A stretch of 64,000 bases of DNA from NCBI RefSeq assembly GCF_030028105.1, contig NC_092390.1:39786777-39850776 (forward strand). Reading direction: 5' to 3'. This document shows positions 38,335 to 52,000 of this stretch, one piece after another. Made by a program: the position numbers and the translations under genes. The first letter of the stretch is position 1. Each line of letters opens with the position of its first letter. A model generated the notes under the pieces. It searched no databases and was not told the DNA's origin. It was given only the letters and a program-made list of their open reading frames with translations. The stretch is from Mobula birostris. Its lineage: Eukaryota.

Positions 38335-38732
38335 GTAAATAACATGCAGTGGATGACAAGAATCTAATGTGTTTATTGTGATTATTGAGATGGCGCAGGG
38401 ACAAATTTTGCGGGCCAGTAGCCTTTTAGAGATATCAATAGAATGGAATATCAGCTGAAGTGTGTAACACAGGGAATGCTTCCCTGGGTGTCGAATATGT
38501 AAAGGGTGTTGGCGTGCAATCAGGGAAAGTACATCATGAATGGGTGTGGTGTGTAACAGATCGGAAACGTCACAAATGAGTGGTGCTATATAAAGGGGGT
38601 TGTAGGAAATGGAGTGTCAAGCTGTTGCCACTGTTTCCAACCACTCTTCCTCCCCTTCCCAACTCCACGTGCCAGCCCCATACTTTGGTGGAAAAATACC
38701 TTCAATGTTTCCAGTTTCAGTTCACTGCACAT

Positions 38733-40110
38733 CTAGAATCAGAATCAGATTTATAATCACCACCCTATATGACATTTTTTTGTTATATGCCAACAGGACA
38801 ATGCAAAGACTTAAAATAGCTATGACTAACAAAGTAAATAAATCAACGATTAATAAGGTAGTGTTCATGGATTTTTCAGAAAACTGAAGCTGTTGCTGAA
38901 CCATTGAGTGTGGGTCTTCTGGTTGCTATGCCTCCTACCCAATGGTGGTTATGAGAAGAGGGTATGTTGCAGGAGTTGGGGGTCCATAGCGATGGGTGCC
39001 TCTTGAAGATCTCCTTGAGGATTGTGTCCATGATGGAGCTGGCTGAGTTTACAACCTCTTTCGATCTTGTACTTAGTAGCTTTCATACCGGGCTGTGATA
39101 TAAACAGTCAGAATGCCTCCACTGTGCCTCTATAGAAATTTGCTGAAGTCTTTACTGACAAACCAAATCTTAATCTCCTAATAAAGTAGAGCCACTCATG
39201 TGCCTTTTTCATGATTGTATCAATGTGTTGGGTCCAGGATAGACCTTTGGAGATGTTGACACCCAGGGACTTAAATCTGTTCGCCCTTTTCACCTCTAAC
39301 CCTCTCAATGAGACTGGTGTGTGTACTCCCAACTTCCCCTTCCTGAAGTCCACAATCAATTCTTTGGTGTTGCTAATGTAGAGGGCGAGGTTGTTGTTAT
39401 GATACTGCTCTGCCAGCCATTCTGTCACACCCCTGCACACCTGCTGTTACCTTCTGAGACCTTACTGACAGTGGTTTCAATGCAAATTTATAAATAGCAC
39501 TTGAGCTGTCTGTGGCCACATAGACATAAGTATAGAGAGGGTAGAGCAGTGGGCTAAGTGTGCGTCCTTGAGATGTGCCTGTGTTGTCTGTCGATGAGGA
39601 GGAGATATTATCGCTGACTGTGGTCTTCTAATGGGGAAGCTGAGGATCCTGTGGCAGTGGGAAGTAAAGGGACTTAGATTTAGAAGCTTGGTGATTAGTA
39701 TTGGAAGGATGATGGTGCTGAACGCTGAGTTGTAATTGATAAACAGCAGCTTGACATAGGGTTGCTGTTGCCTAAGTACTCCAAAGTAGAGTGGAGAGCC
39801 ACTGAGCTTGCGAATCCTGTACATCTGTTATCATGGTAGCAAATTGCAACAGGTCTAGATGCTTGCTAAGGCCGGAGTTAATTCTAGCCGTCAGCAACCT
39901 TTTGAAGCTCTTCATCATGATAAATGTGAGGGCTGCCGGGCAATTGTCACTGAGGAAGCTCACCCTGCACTCCTTGAGCACAGTTATGATTGATGTCCTT
40001 TTGGAGCAGCTGGGAGCTGCAGACCGCGGCAGTGAGAGGTAGAAGATGTTTTTCAACACTCCAGCCAGTTGGCCAGCACAGATTATTTTTGCCATGTACT
40101 CTGCCGGAAA
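38733..40110 (-). mobile_element. Rex1/Babar LINE fragment
   Basis: YVKLLFINYNSAFSTI, NNNLALYISNTKELIVDFRK, FKSLGVNIS...WLYFIRRL; (gaatca)n tail at ~38733. Confidence 0.8.
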
Positions 40111-40162
40111 GCTGCCTGGATTATTAATTTTGGATGATCGCCTGGTGAGCAAAATTGTAGAG

Positions 40163-40418
40163 CAGTGGTCCCCCACCTCCAGGCTGCAGACCAATACCGG
40201 GCCGCGAAGCATGCAGGGGTGCAGTGGTAGCCAGGTCGCACACAGCACATCTTTAAGAAAAAAGCCGAAATAAACAAGCTAATTAATTAGGTGACGTGTT
40301 AGCTTGTTTATTTCGGCTTTTTTCTTAAAGATGTGCTGGGTGCGTCCCGGTTACCACTGCATCACTACATGCTTCGCGGCCCGGTATAGGTCCGTGGCTC
40401 AGAGTTTGGGGACCACTG
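40163..40418. mobile_element. Palindromic MITE with hAT/Charlie-like ends (256 bp)
   Basis: TIR CAGTGGTCCCC at both ends. ~120-bp arms complementary over almost the whole length. Left flank TTGTAGAG resembles the Charlie target NTCTAGAN; the right TSD is not matched. Confidence 0.75.
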
Positions 40419-41231
40419 TAGGAAACCACAATTGCTGCATTGCTGCATTTGTGGAATTGTGAGGGAAGGCGTGAAAACTTGGGTGGAGCTTTGATTCTCA
40501 ATCCCGAGGGATTCCAAGCCTGATCTAAGTAAGATTCCCTTTCTCCCCCAATCTGGGATATGGTGACTATTAGGGTGGGCAATGGCAGAGTGAGAGGATT
40601 GGGGTCAGCCTTTAGACAGGTAGAACATAGTCTTGTTGACTTGATGGTAACGTGCCAGCTCTCCCTTTCTCACACACCATGCTCCTGGGACACTTAAGTT
40701 AACAAGGTTTTCAAGGCCTGGGAATCCAGCAGCCACATCAAGTCTGTAAAATGGGCTCAATGGAAACTTATTGACCTCACTGCAAGAGACCAACCCAACT
40801 CATATGAGTGGACTAACTGCCTGTCCTTTGCCGGAAGTGGGATTGTGATTTGAAGGAAATATTATATCTCTCTTTACATCACTTACCAATCATGGGAGTT
40901 ATGAAGCCCCAGTTTGTGATAATCTTGACCAGTTTGTGATGTGGGCACCTAAATTATATTGAAATTATCAATTAATATTTATTGTCATTCTAATTAATTG
41001 TAGCTGATTACAAATTAAGATAATTGATTAATATATAAACTATAGAATTTTTGAAATTAAATTTTATATAATACCAGGAACTATGCTAACATGAGGATAA
41101 TAATAATTTTTCAGTTCATATAAGCCTGCTGAGAAAGTTTGTGCATTTATTCTTCGGACTTCAATTCTCTGTGACATTTTTATGCATTCATTAATATAAC
41201 ATAAGAGTGATGACAATATACTGTTATGTGA

Positions 41232-41459
<228 letters not shown>

Positions 41460-42164
41460 TAACTTATTGGCCAAAGCCGTGCATTATCAATGATTATCTT
41501 AATTCTCTCTTTGTTTCTTCCTTGCTCCCCTATGGAGACCCTTTTATATATAATGAAGCCATGGTAAGTTGAGCTCAAATAGATTGGAGTATGCATTTGT
41601 GAACTGAGATTTGTTGGATGTGAGTTGCAGGGCGGCTTTGACTATTCTTCCTGATCTTGCTAAAATCTGGCTTCCTCTTTGTCCCTAGCTGAGAACATCA
41701 TTAGTCACTCTTCCCTATGAATGCTGATGGGACCTCTGCCAATATCTTATTTCTTTCCCATCCACCCATTGCAAAGTAGAAGTTGACATGAATGGGGATA
41801 ATGGCAAGAATCATAATATATTTTCTGCTCTTCATCTCCAAAGACTTTCACATAGACTTTGGCATCAATAGATATATAACAATTAACATGAAGGTGTACA
41901 AAAAGCAGCCCTGTTATGACTATATTTCACTAAGGGTGGGGTTATCTTGACGTTCGGAATCCTGCTTGTTGGCACCTATGCTCCTGAGTTGTCTTGTCCT
42001 GTCAATCGAATTTCAAACTTCACTTTGCAAGCTCCAGCAGTTTCCGTAACACAATCAATACAAGAAGAACAAGCAGAAGCTGTAGAGAAAGTGAAATAGG
42101 TGAAGATACACTATCTGGAAGATATTACCCGAGGAATCGCTGTTCGTTGGTGCCATCCTGACCG

Positions 42165-42693
42165 AAGTCTGAGAATAGCATTGAGGGGTTTGAAGTTGCT
42201 GATCCTCTCCACCTGCGATTCCCCAGTGAGGACTGGCACATGGACCTCCGGTTTCCTCTTCCTGAAGTCAATAATCATTTCCATGGTCTTGCTGATATTG
42301 AGTGATACGATGTTATTGTTGCACCATTCAGCCTGATTTTCAGTCTTACCCCAGTAAGCTGATTGTCACCATCTTTGATTCGGCCAACGACAGAGGTGTC
42401 ATCAGCAAACTTAAGTATAGCATTGGAGCTGTGCTTAGCCTCACAGTCATAAGTATAAGGCAAGTAGACCAGGGTCTAAGCACTCAGACTTGTGGTGCAC
42501 CTGTGCTGATGGAGATTGTGGAGAAGTTGTTGTTGCCAATCCGAAATGACTAGGGTCTGCAAGTGAGGAAATTGAGGATTCAATTGCACAATGGGTACTG
42601 AGGTCAAGGCGTAGAAGCTTATTGATTAGTTTTGAGAGGATGATAGTATTGAATGCCAAGTTGTAGTCAATAAGGAGTATCCTAATGAGCATT
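42165..42693 (-). mobile_element. Rex1/Babar RT fragment
   Basis: ILLIDYNLAFNTII; YDCEAKHSSNAILKFADDTSVVG. Confidence 0.8.
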
Positions 42694-42699
42694 CATAGA

Positions 42700-43750
42700 A
42701 AGATCTCCAAAATTCCCCAAAAAACTATAACATAATAGTAATCCTCAAATTAGCAATGAACTTTAATTGTCAGACACTGACCAAATAAAAACTGAAGGGT
42801 TAAAATATCAATAGTTGTTATCTTTCAATAGATAGTCTGTTAGCGCATCATTATAACAAGGAGTAATATTAAAGAAATAGCTATTACCAGCATCTTCAAA
42901 GATGTTACCTTTCAACGATCCAAGTCAGAGTATGTGATGGGTTACATTTTTTCTCATCAAAATCCATGATGCGCTGATTCTTCTAAACAAAGTGTGACAG
43001 GTAATGGGATTTGAAGAGATTAAGTGATTTTGGTCATAGCAGAGAGGCAGAGAACAACCGACAGAAAATTGAAGACATTAACTAAGGGAAGGAAATCAAC
43101 CGATGTCTTGGTTTAGAGCAGGGTATTGGTCCATGACATAAAAAAGATTGGGAGCCTTTGGTTTAGAGCATTAAAACAGCAAAAATGGCTGACAACTCAA
43201 GCATTCTGTCAGGGTCATCAGTGAACTCAAGTGCAGGAATCACAGAGACTTCAGCAATTCAAACAAAACAATGATTTATTACAGAAATTAACCACAGAAC
43301 TAACAAGAAATCAGGCAAGCCGTACAGAATCTTGATGAACTGGAATCACTCACGATGGACAGAAGAACTCTGTCAGAGTTTCATCAGGCAAGGATCCACA
43401 ATGACTGAACAAAGAGGGCTTGGCTTGCTCCCCTGAAATTCACACTGGGGCATGTAGGAATTCAAGACCAATCAGACAGCCCTGGTGTCCAGACGAAGCA
43501 ATAACCCCCAAAGACAACAACTACAATGCAAGGCATTGAAAATCCCCATGCTAATTAATAACCCCACATTGAACAACAGTTAAAAATACAAAAAAAAATC
43601 CCCATGATACCAAATGAGACAACTGCAACACAAAAAGATAAATAATTAGACATAAAAGGTAAACAAACGAAGGAACACTACATACCAACAAAGTTACACC
43701 AAGAAAAACAATCCTCATACTAACTGAAAAAAATAATTATTTCAAAAAAG
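42700..43750 (-). mobile_element. Possible L1 5' UTR/ORF1 remnant
   Basis: Degenerate minus-strand similarity to L1 ORF1 motifs, plus an AT-rich spacer; weak. Confidence 0.3.
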
Positions 43751-43766
43751 TGACCCCTGGTTGTGA

Positions 43767-44325
43767 ATTTAAAAACGCAAACACGAGGAAATCTGCAGAT
43801 GCTGGAATTTCAAGCAACACACTCAAAAAATGCTGGTGAACGCAGCAGGCCAGGCAGCATCTATAGGAAGAGGTACAGTCAATGTTTTGGGCCGAGACCT
43901 GAAATGGGATACGAGGCTGGAGAAGGGAGAGGATCATGGGACGGAAGGCCTAGGGAGAAAGAAAGGGATTTTTTTTTTCTCTCTCTCCTTTTTCTCCCTC
44001 TGTCCCTCTCACTATAATCCTTGCCCATCCTCCGGGCTTCCCCCCTCCCCCTTTCTTTCTCCCTAGGCCTCCCGTTCCATGATCCTCTCCCTTCTCCAGC
44101 CTCGTATCCCTTTTGCCAATCAACTTTCCAGCTCTTAGCTCCATCCCTCCCCCTCCTGTCTTCTCCTATCATTTCGGATCTCCCCCTCCCCCTCCCACTT
44201 TCAAATCTCTTACTATCTCTTCTTTCAGTTAGTCCTGACGAAGGGTCCCGGCCCGAAACATTGACTGTACCTCTTCTTATACATGCTGCCTGGCCTGCTG
44301 CATTCACCAGCATTTTTTGTGTGTT
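43767..44325 (+). mobile_element. PLE terminal-repeat insertion with inverted 5' arm
   Basis: 43767-~43975 is a mosaic reverse complement of 43980-44325. TSD CCCTGGT(T/A)GTGA at 43755-43766 and 44326-44337. Confidence 0.85.
44231..44266 (+). ncRNA. Minimal hammerhead motif (helix III mutated)
   Basis: AGTC-CTGACGA-A-GGG tcccgg CCC-GAAA-CATT-GACT. Confidence 0.55.
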
Positions 44326-46092
44326 CCCTGGTAGTGACATGTTCTGAGTAGCATCTTGCAATCAGGCTTCCATCCCCTTTTCATCTTCGTCCTGACCCAT
44401 GAAAAAATTCTTTTTTTTTTCTTTGTTATCCATGGTCTTGCTGTCTGGCTCTGTTATGTATTAGGCTGGAGAAGAACCCACCTGGCATTCTGCCCAAACT
44501 AAACAGCCTTTCCCATTCTGACAAAGAGTCCTCAAAGTTAATTTTAAACTGTTTTGTTTTTCTCTCTTACTACAGATACTGCTTGGCCTGCTGAGTATTT
44601 CTAGCATTTTTCTTTATGTCATATTTCCAGCCACAGCAGTATTTTGTATCTCACCATTACAGCATTTTTTCTTCTTGTCTCTCCTCTATCTCATTGATCT
44701 TCTATTTACACCTCCTGAAGACAGCTCAGTGGTGCTTTATATGCACTCACCCACATCTCTCAGCTGCCACCAACATTCCCTATAATTTTTTTCTAACAGC
44801 TGCGTGGACCAACAATTGCTCTGAGTTGGAAAATTTTACATGACCTGAAAACTGTGTGGCACTTTAAATAAAACATTATACAGTATAAAAGAAAATTCCA
44901 GCTGAGTAGCAGCAAGGCTATGTGCACAGGAGCATTTCAGTTACTGCGTAGCCATGCACCTTCGCAGATCAGAGGGAGCAGTGGCTGGCACCACCACCAT
45001 CTGTGTTCTTCAGTATCCCCTGTTCCCCAGCCTTTGCCCAGATCCCCTTTGTTCTTTCCATTTGCAGACCCTTCTCTGTACCAATAACCATGTCTGATTT
45101 CTAATTTTACCCACTTCTGATGAAAAGTCATTCACCTGCAACAATGGTCACTGACTCTGTTTCACTTTCCATAAATTTTAGCGAAATTTCTGAGTATTTT
45201 GTAGATTTTTTTTACTTCCAGAAGCTGCAGCACTTTGAGATTTACATTCCAACTCACATGATACCTTTTAGTATCTTGCACATTGCGCAAGTGTAGGCAC
45301 CTCGAGAAATCCCGGAACAATAATATCAATACAGGAGGTGCAGAGATATGGCTCACTTCTGAATACTTTGGAATTGACCTTGGCTTTGTACCCAAGTTAC
45401 CACAACTTGAAGTATTAGGTTGACCCAGTGTATGAGTGGCAGAGTTGTGTGTGGTTGGATGTAGTATAGTTCTCAAGTGACTGTTGGAGTGTTAGAACAC
45501 CTAGAGATCAAAGCCTGAACCATGCCCCAGATTGTGTTCTCTTATATTTATTTGAGTTGATTTGAGGGGGCATCTACAGATTCTTTTGAGAGGTCTTATC
45601 ATCTTACACTCCATTTCAGTTACCTCAATGTGATTAGGGGATTTGAGCACCAATTTTTTGAATCAAGAGCATTTGCAGGAATTTAGATCTTGAAATGACA
45701 CTTCAATCAGAAACATGCTATAGAAATCTGCACACATTTTTCAAATATTTCACCTCAACACAGAATGAAGCAATTCAGCCCATCAAGTATGTGCTAGCTC
45801 TCAGAGCAACTCCATCGATCCCGTTCCCTTTATCCTTTTCCTTCACTCTCATACCGATTGTAGTGACTAGTTGAAAAGAAACGAAAAGTCACAGAGATTG
45901 TGAGGAAGTATGACATGCTTCCAACTAACTGAGTTCCAAGTCGAAAAAGTATGTTTAATCCTTTATTAAAAACCAATAATAAAATCATTCATGTAAACAT
46001 GAGGAATTCTGCAGATGCTGGAAATTCAAGCAACACATATCAAAGTTGCTGGTGAACGCAGCAGGCCAGGCAGCATCTCTAGGAAGAGGTAC

Positions 46093-46128
46093 AGTCAACG
46101 TTTCGGGCCGAGACCCTTCATCAGGACT
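46093..46128 (-). ncRNA. Minimal type-I hammerhead motif, best-preserved copy
   Basis: Reverse complement: AGUC-CUGAUGA-A-GGG ucucgg CCC-GAAA-CGUU-GACU. Helices I and II, the core, the ACGU palindrome and a GUU triplet are all present. Confidence 0.7.
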
Positions 46129-47807
46129 AACTGAAGGAAGAGCTAGTAAGAGATTCGAAGGTGGGAGGTGGAGGGGGAGATCCAAAATGATAGAAGAAGA
46201 CAGGAGGGGGAGGGATGGAGCCAAGAGCTGGACAGTTGATTGGCAAAAGGGATATGAGAGGATCTTGAGACAGGAGGCCCAGGGAGAAGGAAAAGGGGGA
46301 GGAGGGGAAAAAACCCAAGGATGGGCAAGGGGTATAGTCAGAGGGACAGAGGGAGAAAAAGGAGAGAGAGAGAAAGAATGTGTGTATATAAATAAATAAC
46401 GGATGGAGTACAAGGGGGAGGTGGGGCATTAGCGGAAGTTAGAGAAGTCAATGTTCATGCCATCAGGTTGGAGGCTACCCAGATAGAATACAAGGTGTTG
46501 TTCCTCCAACCTGAGTGTGGCTTCATCTTTACAGTAGAGGAGGCCGTGGATAGACGTATCAGAATGGGAATGGGATGTGGAATTAAAATGTGTGGCCACT
46601 GGGAGATCCTGCTTTCTCTGGCGGACAGAGTATAGGTGTTCAGCAAAACGATCTCCCAGTCTGCGTCGGGTCTCGCCAATATATAGAAGGCCACATCGGG
46701 AGCACCGGACGCAGTATATCACCCCAGCCGACTCACAGATGAAGTTTCGCCTCACCTGGAAGGACTGTCTGGGGCCCTGAATGGTGGTAAGGGAGGAAAT
46801 GTAAGGGCATGTGTAGCACTTGTTCCATTTTCAAGGATAAGTGCCAGGAGGGAGATCAGTGGGGAGGGATGGGGGGGAGGAATGGACAAGGGAGTCAAGT
46901 AGGGAGCGATCCCTGCGGAAAACAGAGAGGGGGAGGGAAAGATGTGCTTAGTGGTGGGATCCTGTTGGAGGTGGCGGAAGTTACGGAGAATAATATGTTG
47001 GACCCGGAGGCAGGTGGGGTGGTAGGTGAGGACCAGGGGAACCCTATTCCTAGTGGGGTGGCGGGAGGATGGAATGAGAGCAGATGTGTGTGAAATAGGG
47101 GAGATGCGTTTTTTAGAGCAGAGTTGATGGAGGAAGGGAAGCCCCTTTCTTTAAAAAAGGAGGACATCTCCCTCGTCCTGGAATGAAAAGCCTCATCCTG
47201 AGAGCAGATGCGGCGGAGATGGAGGAATTGCGAGAAGGGGATGGCATTCTCACCCTGTCTCTTGCAAAAATGCCAGAGACTGGGAGATTGTTTGCTGAAC
47301 ACCTACGCTCTGTCCACCAGAGAAATCAGGATCTCCCAGCGGCCACACATTTTAATTCCACATCCCATTCACATTCAGATATGTCTATCCACGGCCTCCT
47401 CTACTGTAAAGATGAAGCCACACTCAGGTTGGAGGAACAACACCTATATTCTGTCTGGGTAGCCTCCAACCTGATGGCATGAACATTGACTTCTCTAACT
47501 TCCGCTAATGCCCCACCCCCCCCTCGTACTCCATCCGTTATTTATTTATATACACACATTCTTTCTCTCTCTCTCCTTTTTCTCCCTCTGTCCCTCTGAC
47601 TATACCCCTTGCCCATCCTCTGGATTTTCCCCCCCTCCCCCTTTTCCTTCTCCCTGGGCCTCCTGTCCCAAGATCCTCTCATATCCCTTTTGCCAATCAC
47701 CTGTGCAGCTCTTGGCTCCATCCCTCCCCCTCCTGTCTTCTTCTATCATTTTGGATCTCCCCCTCCCCCTCCCACTTTCAAATCTCTTACTAGCTCTTCC
47801 TTCAGTT

Positions 47808-47843
47808 AGTCCTGATGAAGGGTCTCGGCCTGAAACGTCAACT
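47808..47843 (+). ncRNA. Minimal hammerhead motif (core intact, helix I/II weakened)
   Basis: AGTC-CTGATGA-A-GGG tctcgg CCT-GAAA-CGTC-AACT: C:A mismatch in helix I and G:U at the base of helix II. Confidence 0.55.
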
Positions 47844-48424
47844 GTACCTCTTCCTACAGATGCTGCCTGGCCTGCTGCGTTCACCAGCAACTTTGTTGTG
47901 TGTTGCAATAAAATCATTCAACTCTTCCGTAATTCATGTGAAACAAAAACGAGCAAGATGAATGTAATTGGATCAAATTCAAACAAAAACAAGCAGTCAA
48001 CAAAAAATATGAACTCCTTACTCTATAAATATAGGTGACTATATTCATTTATTTCTACTGCCACCCAAACCCATGTGTCAAACCCTCTTGACCAATTACC
48101 CAGAGCAAGGATAGGCAACACAAATACAATACAATGAATAGATACATGGCTCTGACACCCATCAATAACACCCTTCCTCACTTACCACTCTCCTATAGGA
48201 GGAGTAATTTATAGTAACAGATTGATCTACTAATCAACACATGCTGGAGGAACTCAATGGGTTAGGCAGGATAAGTGAAGGGAAATGGACAGTCGACTTT
48301 TTAAGTCAGGAGCCTTCATCCAGACAAATGTCTTTGCCTGACTTGCTGAGATCTGCCATTATTTATTTTGTGGCTGCACATTCTGTTATCTGCTGTCTCT
48401 TGTGTCTCCAAACTACCAATCAAA

Positions 48425-48584
48425 ATGACTTCAGGAAGTGGGAAGTCACTGGACCTGGTGGGGATCTACATGACCAGAGAGAGAGCATCTAAACTCTGCA
48501 CAGACAGCACGGGAAATCAGGGTCGAACCCAGGTAGCAGGAGTTGAGAGGCCACTGAATTTTCTGCTGCCCCAGTGAGCTGCCC
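48425..48584 (-). mobile_element. tRNA-derived V-SINE (HE1-like), decayed
   Basis: Minus strand has a B-box-like gggttcgacc followed by gctgtctgtgcagagttt and a V-domain-like ccagtgacttcccac. Confidence 0.55.
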
Positions 48585-49047
48585 TTAATATGCTTTAGTA
48601 GTCATGAGAAGATGTGGGTGGCAGCAGTGTGGACTCATACTGCTTCCAGCTTCAAGGATGTTGCAGACTGGAAATTAAGCAGGAAACTCTCATGCAACCT
48701 CAATACCAGGTGGAATCTGATTAAGCTGTGATTAACACAGTCCATGACTTAAGGATTTCTAGGGTCTTGGATTGTAAGGGGTGTTAAAACAATTATTGCA
48801 AATTTATATGTGCCCAGAGACTGGATCAATAACATTCTTTAGTTTAAACCTTATGGCTGAGGTACAATGTTACTTGGCCATAAATAATATTGGAAGCCTT
48901 TTGGCCTTGACACCATTATCTGATGCATGAAAAAACACTATCATTTTCCTGCAGGCCAGATTATATTGCCTGCACACAATGCTGCTCTAAAGCTTGAAAG
49001 CAAGCTGGAGAAACTATGATTTACTGAAATGGGTCTATCTCAGATTA

Positions 49048-52000
49048 GCACACACAAAATACTGGATGGATTCAACAGGTCAGGCAGCATCTATGGAGGA
49101 GAATAAACAGGTTCAGGAAGAGACCCTTCATCAGGACTGGAAAGGAAGGGGAAAGAAGCCAACAAAAGAAGGTGGGGGTAGGGGAAGGAGTGCCAGCTAG
49201 AAGGTAATAGGTGAAGCCAGGTGAGTGGGAAAGGAGGATGAAGTAAAATGCTGGGAAATGATAGGAGGAAAAGGTAAAGGGCTGCAGAAGAAGGAATCTG
49301 TTAGGAGGGGAGAGAAGGCCATGGGCGAGAGGGAAGGAGGAGAGCAACATGGGTAGGTGATAGGCAGGTGAGGAGAATGGGTAAGAAACCAGAGAGGAGA
49401 AATGAAAAGGAGGGAAGGGGAATTAATTACTGTAAATTGGAGAAATTGAAGTTCATACCATCAGATTGGAGGCTACCCAGATGGAATATGAGGTGTTGCA
49501 CCTCCCACCTCATCATAGTTGTAGAGGAGGCTGCGGAACAACGTGTCAGCATTGGAATGGGGATTGGAAATAAAAATGGTTGTCCACTGGGATCTCCTGC
49601 TTTTTGCAGATGGAGTGACGGTGCTGGACAAAGTGGACCCCAATGAACAAACCCCATTTCCAGAAAAGTTGGGATATTTTCCAAAATGCAATGAAAACAA
49701 AAATCTGTGATATGTTAATTCACGTGAACCTTTATTTAACTGACAAAAGTACAAAGAAAAGGTTTTCAATAGTTTTACTGACCAACTTAATTGTATTTTG
49801 TAAATATACACAAATTTGGAATTTGATGGCTGCAACACACTCAACAACAGTTGGGACAGAAGCATGTTTACCATTGTGTTACATCACCTTTCCTCTTAAT
49901 AACACTTTTTAATTGTTTTGGAACTGAGGATACTAATTGTAATAGATTTGCAATTGGAAATTTTGTCCATTCTTGCTTGATATAAGATTTCAGCTGCTCA
50001 ACAGTCCGTGGTCTCCGTTGTCTGATTCTCCTCTTCATGATGCGCCATACATTTTCAATAGGAGATAGATCTGGACTGGCAGCAGGCCAGTCAAGCACAC
50101 GCACTCTGTGTCTACAAAGCCACGCTGTTGTAGCCCGTGCAGAATGTGGTCTGGCATTGTCCTGCTGAAATAAGCATGGACATCCTGGGAAGAGACGTCG
50201 CCTTGATGGCAACATATGTCTCTCTAAAATCCTAATATACGCCTCAGAGTCAATTGTATCTTCACATACATGCAACTCACCCATGCCGTGGGCACTGATG
50301 CACCCCCATACCATCACAGATGCTGGCTTTTGCACCTTTTGCTGATGACGATCTGGGTGGTCGTTTTCATCTTTGGCACGGAGAACTTGACGCTCGTTTT
50401 TTTCCAAAAACTAGCTGAAATGTGGACTCATCTGACCACAGCACAGGATTCCACAGTCTTTCAGTCCATCTGAGATGAGCTCAGGCCCAGATAACTCACC
50501 GGCATTTCTGCACTGAGTTGATGTATGGCTTCTTCCTTCCGTAATACAGTTTCAAGTTGCATTTCTGGATGCACCGACGGAGCGTTTTGAGTGACAGTGG
50601 TTTTCCGAAGTACTCCCGAGCCCAGGTGGCTATAATTGTCACAATAGCATGACGGTTTCTTAGGCACTGCCGCCTGAGGGCTCGAAGATCACGCGCATTC
50701 AACAGTGGTTTCCGACCTTGCCCTTTACGCACTGAGACGTCTCTGAATTCTCTGAATCTTTTCACAATATTATGTACTGTAGATGTTGAAAGACCTAAAT
50801 TCTCTGCAATCTTGCGTTGAGAAATGTTCCTTTTGAACCAACTAACAATTCTCTCACAAATTTTGGCACAAAGGGGTGAGACACGACCCATCCTTGCTTG
50901 CAAAGACTGAGCCTTTGATGGACACTACTTTTATACCCAGTCATGATACCTCACCTGCTACCAATTAGCCTGCTTAATGTGGAGTCTTCCAAACCGGTGT
51001 TACTTGAATATCCTGTGCACTTTTCAATCTTATTTTAACTCTGTCCCAACTTTTGTTGATTGTGTTGCAGCCATCAAATTCTAAATTTGTGTATATTTAC
51101 AAAATACAATTAAGTTGGTCAGTAAAACTATTGAAAAACTTTTCTTTGTACTTTTGTCAGTTAAATAAAGGTTCACGTGAATTAACATATCACAGATTTT
51201 TGTTTTTATTGCATTTTGCAAAATATCCCAACTTTTCTGGAAATGGAGTTTGTATATTGGGTCTCACCAAATTAGAGGAAGTCCCATCGGGAGGTCCGGA
51301 TACAATAGACAACCCAATAAGTTCACAGGTGAAGTGTCGCCTCACAAGGAAGAACTGTTTGGTACCTTGTTTGGAGGTGAGGAGGTGAGTGGGCAGATGT
51401 AACTCTTTTTCCACTCGCAGGGTTATGTGCCAGGAGGAAGATTAGTGGGGAGGGATAAATGGACAAAGGAATCCCTATAGAAAGCAGAGAGTGCAAGGGA
51501 GGTAAAGATGTGTTTGGTGGTAGGGTCCTGTTAAAGATGGCGGAAGTTGCAGCGAATGACGTGCTGGATGTGGAGGCTCATGGGGTGATAGGTGAGGAAA
51601 ATGAAATTCTATCCCTGTTAAGGCGGTGAGAAGATGGGTTGAGGGCAGTTGTTTGTGAAATAGCGGAGATGTGAGTGATAGCAGCATCAATGGTGGAGGA
51701 AGGAAAACCCCAGTCTTTGAAGAAGGAGGACATCTCTGATGCCCTGGAAAGGAAAGCATCCTGGGACCAGATGCGCCAGAGACAAAGGAACTGAGAAAAG
51801 TGAGTGGCATTTTTACAGAAGACAGGATGGAAAGAGGTATAGTCAAGATAGCCATGAGAGTCATTAGGGTTAGAAAAGATGTCAGTCTCCAGAGATGGAG
51901 AGAAAAGGTTGAGAAAGGGAAGAGAGGTATCTGCAGTGAACCAAATGATCTTATGGACAGGGCAGAAGTTGTTGATAAAATTGACAAGCTGAGCATGGGT

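Larger units (their letters stand above)
45992..47906. mobile_element. Large inverted PLE insertion (1.9 kb)
   Basis: Left arm is antisense (terminal repeat, GIY-YIG SAGVIYCVRCSRCGLLYIGETRRRLGDRF, RT C-terminus to ~47258). Right arm ~47275-47906 is sense. TSD AATAAAATCATTCA at 45978-45991 and 47907-47920. Confidence 0.92.

Noticed and set aside
41538-41563. Cryptic exon ending at a strong ATG|GTAAGT donor in intron 6
   Set aside because: 26 nt is frame-incompatible with exon 7 and the GAG acceptor is weak; extending exon 6 to this donor (148 nt) also shifts the frame.
43830-44361. Recurrent MLVNAAGQAAS.GRGTV ORFs (also at 1601, 27455, 46046, 47600)
   Set aside because: Antisense translations of the non-coding PLE terminal repeat, not a gene family.
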